Positions 54,718-64,000 of a stretch of DNA of 64,000 nucleotides are shown one piece after another. Numbering within the stretch: position 1 is the first letter of the stretch; every line of letters starts with the position of its first letter. The stretch lies in contig JBCCWS010000001.1 in the NCBI GenBank assembly GCA_039193195.1, forward strand, positions 69,338 through 133,337, given 5' to 3'. The position numbers and the translations under genes were made by a program. Below the pieces are notes generated by a model, which saw only the letters and a list, made by a program, of their open reading frames with translations, made no database searches and was not told the origin of the DNA. The DNA is from Pseudomonadota bacterium (GTDB lineage Bacteria > Pseudomonadota > Gammaproteobacteria > Steroidobacterales > JBCBZW01).

Positions 54718-56028
54718 TTGAACCTAGCAACCCTATTGTCTCGCGCCGTAGTCATCCTGCTGGGCGTTCTGCTCTGCGCCGATCCTGCTCGCGCCTGTGA
54801 CGCCGACAACGGTGGTATCGCCCTGCCCGAGGGCTTTTGCGCCACGGTCTTCGCCGATGAGGCGGGACGCGCCCGGCGTCTGGTCGCAGCACCGAACGGC
54901 GTGGTTTACGTGGCCAATCAGAGCCGCGATGGCGATGGGATCATTGCGCTGCAAGACGTCGACGGCGACGGTAGGGCAGACCGGCGCGCGAGCTTCGCGG
55001 CTCCCGGTGGCGGTGGCTTAGGACTGCGCGGAGACTGGCTGTACTACGGTCTGGACGATCGCATCGTACGCTACGCCCTGCCGCCGGCCGGGGAGCTGGT
55101 GCCCGAAGCCAAGGCAGAGGTGGTCGTTAGTGGCTTTCCGAGCCAGCGTCAGCACGCCACCAAGACGTTCGCCTTCGACGGCGAAGGAAATCTCTTCGTC
55201 AATGTTGGGGCGCCCTCCAACGCATGCCAGCGCGAAATGCGCGAGGCCGGGTCGCCGGGGCTAGATCCCTGCCCTCAGTTGGCGCGCCAAGGCGGTGTCT
55301 GGCGCTTCAACGCGGATCGGCTGGGTCAAACTCAGGAGCGGCACGGCGAGCGCTACGCGAGCGGCATTCGAAACGCCGTGGCGATCACATGGGACGGTGT
55401 GGGCGATCGCCTCTACGTGGTCCAACACGGGCGCGACCAGCTCGCCGAGCTATGGCCGCAGAGGTTCACCGACGCGCAGCGCGCTGAGCTCCCCGCCGAG
55501 GAGCTATTCGCCGTCAAGCGCGGCGATGACTTCGGTTGGCCCTATTGCTACTACGACCCGATGGCGCAAGCTAAGCGCTTAGCGCCAGAGTACGGGGGGG
55601 ATGGGAAAGCGGTGGGTCGCTGCGAGGAGGCTGAGGCACCGGTCGTCGCTTTCCCGGCGCATTGGGCGCCAAACGACATCGTGTTCTACCACGGCGATCA
55701 ATTTCCGCCTGCCTACCGAGGGGGAGCTTTCGTCGCGTTTCACGGTTCCTGGAATCGCCAGCCCTTCGCGCAGCAGGGCTTCCGCGTGACCTTCGTGGCC
55801 GCCGACGAGGTTGGCCTGGCATCGTCTTACGATGACTTTGCCACCGGCTTCATCGGGCGCGAGGGCATCACCTCCCCGGGGCAAGCCCGCCATCGTCCAG
55901 CCGGCTTGGCGATCGACCGGGATGGCGCGCTATACATTGCCGATTCGACGGGAGGGCGCATTTGGCGCGTTACCTACAGCGCCAGTGCGAAGGCAGCCCT
56001 TCGCGGCCACGGCGAGGGCCGCCAGTGA
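54718..56028 (+). CDS. Periplasmic PQQ-dependent sugar (glucose/sorbosone) dehydrogenase-like beta-propeller protein
   Basis: Signal peptide with a TTG start. Motifs FVNVGAPSNAC, GIRNAVAITWD, GDDFGWPYCYYD and HRPAGLAIDRDGALYIADS are typical of soluble aldose sugar dehydrogenases. Confidence 0.75.
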   Translation: MNLATLLSRAVVILLGVLLCADPARACDADNGGIALPEGFCATVFADEAGRARRLVAAPNGVVYVANQSRDGDGIIALQDVDGDGRADRRASFAAPGGGGLGLRGDWLYYGLDDRIVRYALPPAGELVPEAKAEVVVSGFPSQRQHATKTFAFDGEGNLFVNVGAPSNACQREMREAGSPGLDPCPQLARQGGVWRFNADRLGQTQERHGERYASGIRNAVAITWDGVGDRLYVVQHGRDQLAELWPQRFTDAQRAELPAEELFAVKRGDDFGWPYCYYDPMAQAKRLAPEYGGDGKAVGRCEEAEAPVVAFPAHWAPNDIVFYHGDQFPPAYRGGAFVAFHGSWNRQPFAQQGFRVTFVAADEVGLASSYDDFATGFIGREGITSPGQARHRPAGLAIDRDGALYIADSTGGRIWRVTYSASAKAALRGHGEGRQ

Positions 56029-57077
56029 CCGCCGTTGGCAGCTTCTTCAGCGATAACGAGGCCACGGTGGCTGCGCCGATCATGCAGGCACTGCAGGCGG
56101 TAAACGCAGATGCCGTGCACTCCTACGGCGATGATCCCACCACCGCCGCCCTCGAGGCACGCCTGCGCGAGTGGTTCGAACGTGACGATCTGCAGGTGTT
56201 CCCGGTGGTCACGGGCACTGCCGCGAACTCCCTCGCTGCCGCTCAGCTGGTACCTCCCTACGGCGCGCTCTACTGCCAGCAGCACGCGCACGTCAATACG
56301 GACGAGTGCGGTGCGCCGGAGTTCTTTACGGCGGGCGCCAAGCTCATCGGGATCGAAGGCGAGCACGGCAAGATCGACGCTGGCGCCTTCGCTCGCGTCC
56401 TGTCGACGGCGGGCGACCTTGGCGTTCACGAGGTGCGGCCTTGTGCCCTCACCCTGACGCAGGGCACGGAGCTCGGCACCGTGTACACGCGCCAAGAGGT
56501 GCAGGCTCTGGCCGACCTGGCCCACGACCGCGACCTCAGCGTTCACATGGACGGGGCACGCTTCGCCAACGCCTTGGTGCACCTGGGTTGCAAGCCCGCG
56601 GACATCACCTGGCGCGCCGGCATCGACATGCTGTCCCTTGGCGCCACTAAAAACGGTGCCATGGCGGCGGAGGCGCTGATCACCTTCGGCAGCGAACAAC
56701 ATGGTGAGGCGCTCGCCTTCCGTCGCAAGCGTGCGGGGCACCTACTGTCTAAGCAACGCTACGTATCCGCCCAGTTGCTGGCTTGGCTGGAAAACGACCT
56801 GTGGCGAGATTTGGCGGGGCGTGCCAACCGTGGTGCCCAGCGCCTAAGTGCGGGCCTGCAGCGCCTCGCGCAGGTCGAGGTGGCCCACCCGACCCAGATC
56901 AACGAGGTCTTCGTGGTGATGCCCCCGGCGCTCGTGGCGGGGCTGCACGAGCAGGGCTTCGGCTTTTACGACTGGCCGGGTGGTCTAGCGAATCTGCACC
57001 GCCTGGTGGTGCGGTGGGATACGCCCGACGAGCATATCGAGGCGCTACTCGACAGCGCGCGGCGGCTCACGAACTGA
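56025..57077 (+). CDS. ltaE: Low-specificity L-threonine aldolase (PLP-dependent beta-eliminating lyase family)
   Basis: FFSDNEATVAAPIMQAL, YGDDPTT, VTGTAANSLA, DGARFANAL, and SLGATKNGAMAAEA (PLP Lys context). The GTG start overlaps the upstream TGA (GTGA). Confidence 0.85.
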   Translation: MTAVGSFFSDNEATVAAPIMQALQAVNADAVHSYGDDPTTAALEARLREWFERDDLQVFPVVTGTAANSLAAAQLVPPYGALYCQQHAHVNTDECGAPEFFTAGAKLIGIEGEHGKIDAGAFARVLSTAGDLGVHEVRPCALTLTQGTELGTVYTRQEVQALADLAHDRDLSVHMDGARFANALVHLGCKPADITWRAGIDMLSLGATKNGAMAAEALITFGSEQHGEALAFRRKRAGHLLSKQRYVSAQLLAWLENDLWRDLAGRANRGAQRLSAGLQRLAQVEVAHPTQINEVFVVMPPALVAGLHEQGFGFYDWPGGLANLHRLVVRWDTPDEHIEALLDSARRLTN

Positions 57078-57127
57078 CCCGATAGGGCACTAGGGTAGAG
57101 ACCGATTCAAGACAAGGAAAAGGAGCT

Positions 57128-57955
57128 TTGATGAACGAGCAAACAACGTGTGCCGTCGGCGCCGTGGCTGTGGCAATGGCGTCCCTGCTCATGGCGGGAC
57201 CGGCCAGCGCCGAGCACCTCGAGGGACTGGCAGTGGCCACCTGGGGGGATCACCGCGCGGAGGGAAACCGCGAGCGCAACCGCTACCGGCATCCGATCGA
57301 GACCCTCACCTTCTTCGGGGTGGCACCGAATATGACGGTGGCCGAGGTCAGTCCTGGGGGCGGGTGGTACACGGAGATTCTCGCGCCGTACCTCCGCGAG
57401 CAAGGCAAGCTCTACGCCGCCGCCTACGATCCCGAGAGCGAAGGTGAGTACTACCGCAACAGCGCCAAGCGCTTCCGCGACAAGCTGGCGGCTCATCCGC
57501 AGGTCTACGACAAGGTGGAGCTCGCAGTTTTCGAGCCACCGGGCAAGCTCGAGGTGGCACCGGCGGGTAGCGCGGATGTGGTGCTGACTTTCCGTAACAT
57601 GCACGGCTGGCTGAGGAACGATACGGCGCGCGCCGCGGTGGACGCCATGCACCGCGCCCTCAAGCCCGGTGGCGTGCTCGGCGTGGTGCAGCATCGCGGC
57701 GATCCTGCAAACCCAGCCCATCGCACCGGCGATGAGGGCTACATAGACGAGAATTACGTCATCGGCTTCATCGAAGCGGCCGGTTTCGAGCTGGTCGATA
57801 GCAGCGAGATCAATGCAAATCCCGCCGATCCGGGCGATCATGCCGTCGGCGTGTGGGCCCTGCCGCCCTCCCTGGAGCTCGGGGAGCAGGATCGGGAGCG
57901 CTACCTGCGCATCGGCGAGAGCGATCGCATGACGCTGAAGTTCGTCAAGCGCTGA
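57128..57955 (+). CDS. Signal-peptide-bearing class I SAM-dependent methyltransferase (COG4798-like)
   Basis: SD aaggag upstream. Signal AVAVAMASLLMAGPASA. SAM motif VAEVSPGGGWYTEIL, then LKPGGVLGVVQH. Confidence 0.75.
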   Translation: MMNEQTTCAVGAVAVAMASLLMAGPASAEHLEGLAVATWGDHRAEGNRERNRYRHPIETLTFFGVAPNMTVAEVSPGGGWYTEILAPYLREQGKLYAAAYDPESEGEYYRNSAKRFRDKLAAHPQVYDKVELAVFEPPGKLEVAPAGSADVVLTFRNMHGWLRNDTARAAVDAMHRALKPGGVLGVVQHRGDPANPAHRTGDEGYIDENYVIGFIEAAGFELVDSSEINANPADPGDHAVGVWALPPSLELGEQDRERYLRIGESDRMTLKFVKR

Positions 57956-58057
57956 GACCGGCGGCAGCCCGGTGCTGACGAACGGTCGGCACCTGGCACG
58001 CTTGTCGGCACGCCCCAGCAGTTGCTTAGTTTTCGGAAATACGCGAATCTGCGGCCC

Positions 58058-59455
58058 ATGAGCACGGATCCACACCTTGAACACTTCGGCCTGAGTGAGC
58101 CGCCCTTCCTGCTTGCTCCGGATCCGGAATTTCTGCATCTGAGCACGCAGCATTCGCTCGCTCAGGCGTACCTGAGCTACGCCCTGCTCAACCGCGACAG
58201 CTTCGTCATGCTCACCGGCGAGACCGGCACGGGCAAGACCACCCTGATCAACAAGCTGATCGCGTCAGCCGGGCAGAAGGTGGTGATCGCCCGCATCGCG
58301 CACTCCCAGCTCACGCCGCTCGAGTTACTGCAGTCCGTGCTCCTCGGCTTTGGCATTCGCGCCTTCGACAAGCAGAAGGTCGAGCTGCTGACCATGCTTG
58401 AGGACTACATCAACGAGCAGTACCAACAGAAGCGTCAGGTGCTAATCGTCGTCGATGACGCCCACAACCTCGGCGTCGACGTGCTGGAGGAGATCCGCCT
58501 GGTCACCCAACTGGTGACGCGTAAGGACGCGGCGGTCAACTTGATCTTGAGCGGTAGGCCGTCGCTTCGCGACGTGCTGGAGCTACCCGTCTTGGAGCAG
58601 CTGCGCCAACGAATTCGCTTCAACTTCCAGCTCAAGCCCCTCTCCGGGCAAGAGACGGCGGAGTACATCACGCGTCGCCTGCAGGTAGCGGGCGCGGAGC
58701 GAGAGCTCTTCTCCGACGAGTGTGTAGAAACTATTTACGAGTACACGGGTGGCATTCCGCGCCTGATCAACATCCTGTGCGACACGGCACTGATGTCTGC
58801 TTACACGGAGGGTTCGCCGGACGTGCAGGCCGTTACGCTGCGTACGGCGATCGAGGAACTAGACTGGCATCCCGTGCAGGGACTTGGCGATCGGGACGAC
58901 GTGGACACCACAGGATTCGATCACGAAGTCGCAGAGCCCCTCGACCTGCCGCTACCGGGCGATGACGTGGAGTTAGCGGAGGACATCGATCGTTCCATCG
59001 CGAGCTTGGCGAGCCTTCGCGGTGGTAGCTCACAAGAGGCGCGCGCTGCCGCCGCAAATAGCGCCCCACGCACGGAGACAAGGGCGTCCTTTCAGTTGTT
59101 TCTCGACAATGATGCCGTGGCCGAGCATCGCCTAACGAGCGAACGCCTCACGATTGGTAGAGACCAGGACAACGACATCCAAATCAACGCTGAGTACGTA
59201 AGCCGTCACCACGCCCAGGTAAGCTGGCTGCGCGGTGGGTGCTGGATAGCCGACCTGAACAGCACTAACGGGACCTTCGTCAACGGACTGCGCGTGCGCC
59301 GACGGCTGCTTCGTGACGGCGATGAGATTCAGTTCGGACGCCACCGTTTGCGCGTGCACTGCGCGTCACCCTCAGCCGAGGCCGTGGAAGTAGATAACGA
59401 CGATCGATGGCGCGAGACCTTGGTGATATCCGAGGAACAAGCGCAAAAAGCCTGA
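58058..59455 (+). CDS. ExeA/MshM-like AAA ATPase fused to a C-terminal FHA domain
   Basis: FGLSEPPF N-terminus. Walker A GETGTGKT, Walker B VLIVVDDAH. FHA core LTIGRDQDNDIQINAEYVSRHHAQV...DLNSTNGTFVNG (about 59147-59358). Confidence 0.8.
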   Translation: MSTDPHLEHFGLSEPPFLLAPDPEFLHLSTQHSLAQAYLSYALLNRDSFVMLTGETGTGKTTLINKLIASAGQKVVIARIAHSQLTPLELLQSVLLGFGIRAFDKQKVELLTMLEDYINEQYQQKRQVLIVVDDAHNLGVDVLEEIRLVTQLVTRKDAAVNLILSGRPSLRDVLELPVLEQLRQRIRFNFQLKPLSGQETAEYITRRLQVAGAERELFSDECVETIYEYTGGIPRLINILCDTALMSAYTEGSPDVQAVTLRTAIEELDWHPVQGLGDRDDVDTTGFDHEVAEPLDLPLPGDDVELAEDIDRSIASLASLRGGSSQEARAAAANSAPRTETRASFQLFLDNDAVAEHRLTSERLTIGRDQDNDIQINAEYVSRHHAQVSWLRGGCWIADLNSTNGTFVNGLRVRRRLLRDGDEIQFGRHRLRVHCASPSAEAVEVDNDDRWRETLVISEEQAQKA

Positions 59456-59507
59456 GTCTTCTTAATGCCTCGGGCGTAGGCCCTGATCGTGGTGGTAGCG
59501 GGTGGTG

Positions 59508-60575
59508 TCAACCTTCGCCGGCCAACCGTGTGAGGTGGTGGAAGGTGACCTCGGCGGGACAATTCAAACGCAATCGCAGCGGCGTCGCGCCACACCCCGC
59601 AGACGTGTAGCCGCTCATCTGGCCATGGCGCCAGCTTCCCCTAGACACCTTGAAGGGCGCTCTCCCCGTGTGTACAAGCGGCTTGCCATTGGGCAAGCAT
59701 AGCTGGCCGCCGTGCGTGTGGCCGCAGAGCATCGCGTGGAAGCATGCGCCTGCGGCGCGCCGGTAGATCTCCGGCGAGTGTGCCAGCAGTACGGTGGTCG
59801 CGCCGGCGGGTATGCACTGCTGCGCCGCCTCCACATCGTCCGCCTTGAAGTAGGCCGGATCGTCAACGCCGGCCAGGTACAGGCGATCCTCTCCGTAGCT
59901 CAAGGCCACGCTCTCGTTCACGAGCACGCGAAGGCCGATCTGCTCGAGCCGTGGCACCGCCCACAGAGAGTCCTCGTCACCGAGCACGGCGAAGGCCGGG
60001 CCGCCGTGTTGCTCGAGCACCCGGGAAAGGGCGTCTAGGGCGGCGCCAGCGCGGGCCGGTGCCAGGGCGCTGGTGAACAGGTCACCGGTGATTACCAGGG
60101 CGTCGCTCGCTTCGGAGCTTGCCGCCGCCGCAAGCGCCCCCACGCGGGGACCCGCGCAGAGGTCTAGGTGAAGATCAGAGATATGAGCGAGCGTCAGACC
60201 CTCGAGGGAGGCGGGGAGACCGCGCATCTCTAAGTTGTGATGTACCACCCGTGGCGGTCGCCGGTCGGTCGCGTTGCCGAGGCCCGCCAGCCGCGCGAGG
60301 CGGGCGATCAGAGCGATGGGCGCCAAGCCCGTGCCCGTGTGGCCCCATCCGTCGCGCACGATGCCCGGTTCCACCGCTTGGCGCTTGGCTTCCAGGCTGA
60401 GCCGGTAGCGTGCATGCAGAGAACCAACGCGGTTCTCAAGGCTGTTATCTCGAGTCTCCCGCCTCCAGAGCGGCAGGCCGGCGACCTCATCGGCCCACAG
60501 CATCGCCGCCACGTCACCGGAGCTGGTCGCAAGGCGCTCCGCTCGACGCTGTTCTCCTCGCACCGAATCAGGCAT
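59508..60575 (-). CDS. Calcineurin-like metallophosphoesterase
   Basis: LAHISDLHLD, ITGDLF, LGDED and CGHTHGGQ motifs. Confidence 0.8.
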   Translation of the reverse strand: MPDSVRGEQRRAERLATSSGDVAAMLWADEVAGLPLWRRETRDNSLENRVGSLHARYRLSLEAKRQAVEPGIVRDGWGHTGTGLAPIALIARLARLAGLGNATDRRPPRVVHHNLEMRGLPASLEGLTLAHISDLHLDLCAGPRVGALAAAASSEASDALVITGDLFTSALAPARAGAALDALSRVLEQHGGPAFAVLGDEDSLWAVPRLEQIGLRVLVNESVALSYGEDRLYLAGVDDPAYFKADDVEAAQQCIPAGATTVLLAHSPEIYRRAAGACFHAMLCGHTHGGQLCLPNGKPLVHTGRAPFKVSRGSWRHGQMSGYTSAGCGATPLRLRLNCPAEVTFHHLTRLAGEG

Positions 60576-60690
60576 TTAAATCACTGATTTATTTGTATAT
60601 TTCCCAGGCTTCTTGTGTGCCCGGGCTACCCCTCAAAGGTAGGTCGTTATCCTGCCGTAAAGCGGGTGTCGAGGGAAACTTTTTTCCGAA

Positions 60691-60856
60691 CTAGTGGCCT
60701 GTCCCAGCAGTTTCGAAAGTGCTGAGCGAGCCCTTCATCGACGATCTGCGCGTTGCACTTCCTCGCAATGGCTCAGGCCATTACTCGTCAGCGCGCTTCA
60801 TCTCGCCGACGAATGACTCGCTCATCACTCCCGAAACTGCTGGGACAGGCTACTAG
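60691..60856. repeat. 166-bp imperfect palindromic element: 50-bp arms (43/50 complementary) at 60691-60740 and 60807-60856, with a central mini-hairpin aatggc-tcag-gccatt (60767-60782)
   Basis: Arms aligned base by base from the sequence. The right arm overlaps the stop codon of the deacetylase gene (60853-60855). Confidence 0.75.
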
Positions 60857-61785
60857 GCGTCGAGCAATGCCGCTACGTGGGCGCAAGCGCTGCTGGCTAG
60901 CGCCTGCAGGTCGTAGCCCCCTTCGAGCGCGGAGACGATCCCCTTGGACTCGCTCTCTTGGCAAACACTCGCCATGGCATTGGTCAACCACCGGTAGTCG
61001 CTCTCCTGGAGGGCTAGGCCGCCCAGGGGATCGCGCGCGTGGGCGTCGAAGCCGGCTGAGATCAGGATCAGCTCAGGTGCGTGGGCGCGAAGAGCCGGGG
61101 CCCAGTCTCGTTCCCAAGCCTCGCGCAGCGCGGCTCCGCCAGCACCGGGCCGCAGCGGCACATTGACCATGCGTCCGGGCACGTTGGCGGCCACTTGGTA
61201 GGGGTAGAGTGGGGATTGGTAGAGGGAGCACATGAGTACCTCCAGATCCTCGAAGCCCGCGAGGATGTGCTCCGTCCCATTGCCGTGATGGACGTCGAAG
61301 TCGAACACCGCCACCCGGCTCAGGCCGTGGACCTGCAGGGCGTGCAGCGCCGCCACGGCGATGTTATTGAACAAGCAAAAACCCATCGCCCGGGCGCGCT
61401 CAGCGTGGTGTCCGGGGGGGCGCACGTTGCAGAACGCCGCGTCAGCACCGCCGGCGACTACCTCGTCCACGGCGGTGACCGCGGCCCCCGCGGCGTGCAG
61501 GGCTGCGGCGAGCGTGTGAGGAGTCATCGATGTGTCGCCGTCGAGGTGCACTCGGCCGTTTGCCGGAGCTGCGGCGAAAATTGCCTCGATATGCGCCGAG
61601 TCGTGCGCTCGTTCCAACTGGTCGCGAGTGGCCCTGGGGGCGCTTAGGCGCTCGCTCACTCGATCCATCAAGCCCTGCTTGGTCGCGGCCGCTTCGATGA
61701 CCTCCAGGCGCGCTGGAACCTCCGGGTTGCCGACTTCGTTTTCGTGCTCGATGCACGCTGGATGGGTGATCCATAGGGTCTGCAC
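60853..61785 (-). CDS. Histone deacetylase-family (class II HDAC-like / acetylpolyamine amidohydrolase-like) zinc hydrolase
   Basis: RPPGHHA, DFDVHHGNGT and SAGFDAH motifs. Start set at the GTG (VQTLWITHP) preceded by gagg. The track's upstream 36 codons are doubtful. Confidence 0.85.
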   Translation of the reverse strand: MQTLWITHPACIEHENEVGNPEVPARLEVIEAAATKQGLMDRVSERLSAPRATRDQLERAHDSAHIEAIFAAAPANGRVHLDGDTSMTPHTLAAALHAAGAAVTAVDEVVAGGADAAFCNVRPPGHHAERARAMGFCLFNNIAVAALHALQVHGLSRVAVFDFDVHHGNGTEHILAGFEDLEVLMCSLYQSPLYPYQVAANVPGRMVNVPLRPGAGGAALREAWERDWAPALRAHAPELILISAGFDAHARDPLGGLALQESDYRWLTNAMASVCQESESKGIVSALEGGYDLQALASSACAHVAALLDA

Positions 61786-62021
61786 CGTACTTACCTCGCT
61801 CGGTGAATCGCCGTATTTTTCATGGGTGTTTAGGCCCGCCGAGCAGGGGCGAAAGTCTGCCGATTTCGGCGCCCAGAGGGCCAGTCGACGCATTTGCGAA
61901 CCAGTCGGCGGGCTGGTTGCTCTGGCGCCGTTCCACTACACTGACGCACTGCACTGCGTGGGTTGCGTCGGACCCGCGTCCCGCGCGCGATCCCCGCGTC
62001 GGATTTGTCAGAGGGCTTTGA

Positions 62022-63308
62022 ATGACTGAAATGGTAACGGTGAAGCTGGCCGACGGCAGGGAAGTTCAACTCCCGGTACGCCACGGCACGTCCGGCGCAC
62101 CGGTCATTGACATCTCCCGCTTGCCTGCGGAATCGGGTCACTTCACGTTGGATCCGGGGTTCGTGGCAACGGCAAGTTGCGAAAGCGCCATTACCTACCT
62201 CGATGGCGCAGCCGGCGAGCTGCTCTACCGTGGCTACCCGATCGAGCAGCTCGCAGAGCGATGCTCCTATCTCGAGGTCTGCTACCTGCTGCTATACGGG
62301 GAATTGCCCGATCGTGCTCAGCACGCGGACTTCGTTGATCTCATCACCCACCACACGATGATCAACGAAGGCGTTCGTCGATTCCTCGACGGATTTCGCT
62401 ACGACGCCCACCCAATGGCAATGATGACTGCCAGTGTCGCCTCACTCTCCGCCTTCTATCATGACACGCTGGACATCAACAATCCGCAGCATCGAAAGAT
62501 CACTGCTCACCGCCTGATCGCGAAGATGCCGACCATCGCCGCCGCGGCGTATAAGCACAGTATCAGTGAGCCTGTGATGTACCCGCGTAACGACCTAAGC
62601 TACTGCGGCAATATGCTCTACATGATGTACGCGCGCCCGCCGCTCAGTTACGAAGTGGATCCGGTGGCCGAGAAGGCGATGGACGTGTTGTTCATTCTCC
62701 ACGCGGACCACGAGCAGAATGCATCCACCTCCACGGTGCGCTTGGCAGGCTCATCTGAGGCAAACCCGTACGGTGCGATTGCCGCGGGGCTCGCGAGCCT
62801 GTGGGGGCCGGCCCACGGCGGTGCCAACGAAGCCGTTCTGCGCATGCTCAACGAGATTGGGGACGTCAGCAATATCGATAAGTACGTCGCCAAGGCTAAG
62901 GATCGCGACGATCCGTTCCGACTCATGGGCTTCGGTCATCGCGTGTACAAGAACTACGATCCACGGGCCAAGATCATCCGCAAGATCGCCCACGAGGTAC
63001 TCGCCAAGTACGGGAACGATCCCCGCATGGAGCTGGCGATGCGTTTGGAGGAGATCGCGCTCAAGGATGAGTTCTTCATCGAGCGCAAGCTCTACCCGAA
63101 CGTCGACTTCTACAGTGGCATCATCTACCAGGCCTTGGGTGTGCCCGTAAGCATGTTTACGGTCATGTTCGCGATCGGTCGTACGGTGGGGTGGATGGCC
63201 CACTGGATGGAGATGATCTCGGACCCGAAGCGCAAGATCGGCCGTCCGCGCCAGCTGTACACTGGCGCCGGAGCGCGTGCCGTGACGGCCATGGACGAGC
63301 GCGGCTAA
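62022..63308 (+). CDS. gltA: Citrate synthase (type II, hexameric Gram-negative type)
   Basis: About 428 aa. [24 protein letters not shown] and [15 protein letters not shown] signatures. Confidence 0.95.
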   Translation: MTEMVTVKLADGREVQLPVRHGTSGAPVIDISRLPAESGHFTLDPGFVATASCESAITYLDGAAGELLYRGYPIEQLAERCSYLEVCYLLLYGELPDRAQHADFVDLITHHTMINEGVRRFLDGFRYDAHPMAMMTASVASLSAFYHDTLDINNPQHRKITAHRLIAKMPTIAAAAYKHSISEPVMYPRNDLSYCGNMLYMMYARPPLSYEVDPVAEKAMDVLFILHADHEQNASTSTVRLAGSSEANPYGAIAAGLASLWGPAHGGANEAVLRMLNEIGDVSNIDKYVAKAKDRDDPFRLMGFGHRVYKNYDPRAKIIRKIAHEVLAKYGNDPRMELAMRLEEIALKDEFFIERKLYPNVDFYSGIIYQALGVPVSMFTVMFAIGRTVGWMAHWMEMISDPKRKIGRPRQLYTGAGARAVTAMDERG

Positions 63309-63347
63309 GGCCAAGTGGGTCGGCGCGCGAAGCCGCAAGGCGCGCCC

Positions 63348-64000
63348 ATGATGACCTGCCAAAGGCCTCGGGCCCGGTGGGTGGGCCTCGCACTGCTCGT
63401 CGCCGCCGCCAGCCTCGCTGCTGGCTCGGCCGCTGCGCGCGTGCTCGAAATCGAGATTGACACCACCTGGGAGGTGCCTCGAGTTCCCGGGGCTACCCAT
63501 CCTGATTACGTCGTAGACGTCGGCCGCGTGCAGTTCGGCGTCGATCCTAACTTGCCCGCTAACCGCGCGGTCATCGATATCGATCGGGCTCCGCGCGATG
63601 CAGACGGTCTGGTTCGGTCCACCGCAGACCTCGTGATCCTTCGCCCCCGTGATCCCGAAGAGGGTGCGCGTAGCTGCCTGATGGAGGTCAGCAACCGCGG
63701 CGGCAAGGCCCTGCTGCGTTACTTCAATGCGGGCGCCCGCGGCCCCATCTCGCCCGACTCTCCCGAGATCTTCGGCGACGGTCTACTCATGGAGCTCGGC
63801 TTCACCATCATCTGGGTGGGATGGCAGGCTGATGTGCCGCGAGAGCCCGGCAGGCTGCGCCTCGACGTGCCTGTCGCCACCGAGAACGGCCGGCCGATCG
63901 GTGGCCTGGTGCGCACGGACTGGGTGGTGGATCAGCGCGTCGATAGACTCGCCCTAGGGCATCGCGGTCACGTCGCCTATCCCGTGGTAGAGCCGGACGA
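63348..64000 (+). CDS. Partial (3'-truncated by the window) secreted hypothetical protein, possibly an alpha/beta-hydrolase-domain family member
   Basis: Not in the ORF track because it has no stop in the window. I translated it by hand: ATGATG at 63348, signal WVGLALLVAAASLAAGSAAA, open to 64000 with GC3 bias, and contains the EVSNRGGK motif. Confidence 0.5.
   Translation, partial: MMTCQRPRARWVGLALLVAAASLAAGSAAARVLEIEIDTTWEVPRVPGATHPDYVVDVGRVQFGVDPNLPANRAVIDIDRAPRDADGLVRSTADLVILRPRDPEEGARSCLMEVSNRGGKALLRYFNAGARGPISPDSPEIFGDGLLMELGFTIIWVGWQADVPREPGRLRLDVPVATENGRPIGGLVRTDWVVDQRVDRLALGHRGHVAYPVVEPD

Noticed and set aside
60753-61166. ORFs 60753-61166(+) and 60788-60991(-), which overlap the palindromic element and the 3' end of the deacetylase gene.
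   Set aside because: The (+) ORF is antisense to a well-supported HDAC-family gene and is Arg-rich. The (-) ORF is out of frame with that gene. Neither has a ribosome-binding site or recognisable motifs.
63322-63346. GC hairpin (ggcgcgc / gcgcgcc, 11-nt loop) after gltA, a possible terminator.
   Set aside because: It has a 7-bp stem with no U-tract, and it ends 1 nt before the next gene's ATG. It is too weak to annotate as a terminator.

Overview
GC-rich, gene-dense bacterial chromosomal window. The housekeeping genes look proteobacterial: fbp, typA, msrPQ, phrB, glgC, glgA, gltA. I support about 50 protein-coding genes, mostly from motifs read in the ORF translations, and I corrected several starts that the six-frame track over-extends. 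By eye I found no rRNA, tRNA, CRISPR array, transposase, integrase or phage genes, so this does not look like a classical mobile island. Five blocks stand out. (1) 48.4-54.5 kb: glycogen synthase GlgA sits inside a tight five-gene operon with two ATP-grasp ligase-like proteins, an esterase with a CBM48-like (glycogen-binding-type) N-domain, and an S51 (PepE/cyanophycinase-like) hydrolase. I rank this the best candidate for an undescribed storage-polymer modification or co-storage system. (2) 36.4-47.3 kb: a signalling and low-complexity-protein block. It holds a divergent pair of a TIGR02999/ECF43-like sigma factor and a TPR Ser/Thr kinase, plus a membrane FHA protein. Next to these is an operon of two membrane-anchored PGY/Q-rich repeat proteins with a secreted papain-like protease. 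A second operon encodes a zinc-ribbon/SHOCT protein, an M48-like protein with a degenerate HExxH motif, and three very acidic proteins. (3) 16.5-25.6 kb: four translationally coupled genes encoding a CN-hydrolase, a TPR/FG-GAP lipoprotein, a membrane-anchored five-heme cytochrome with TPR repeats, and a CRTAC1/ASPIC-UnbV protein. (4) A two-photolyase operon with an alpha/beta hydrolase wedged between the photolyases by start/stop overlaps. (5) A 166-bp imperfect palindrome at 60.7 kb, and a probably decayed gene at 35.8-36.3 kb. All functional calls are motif-level inferences; no database search was possible.
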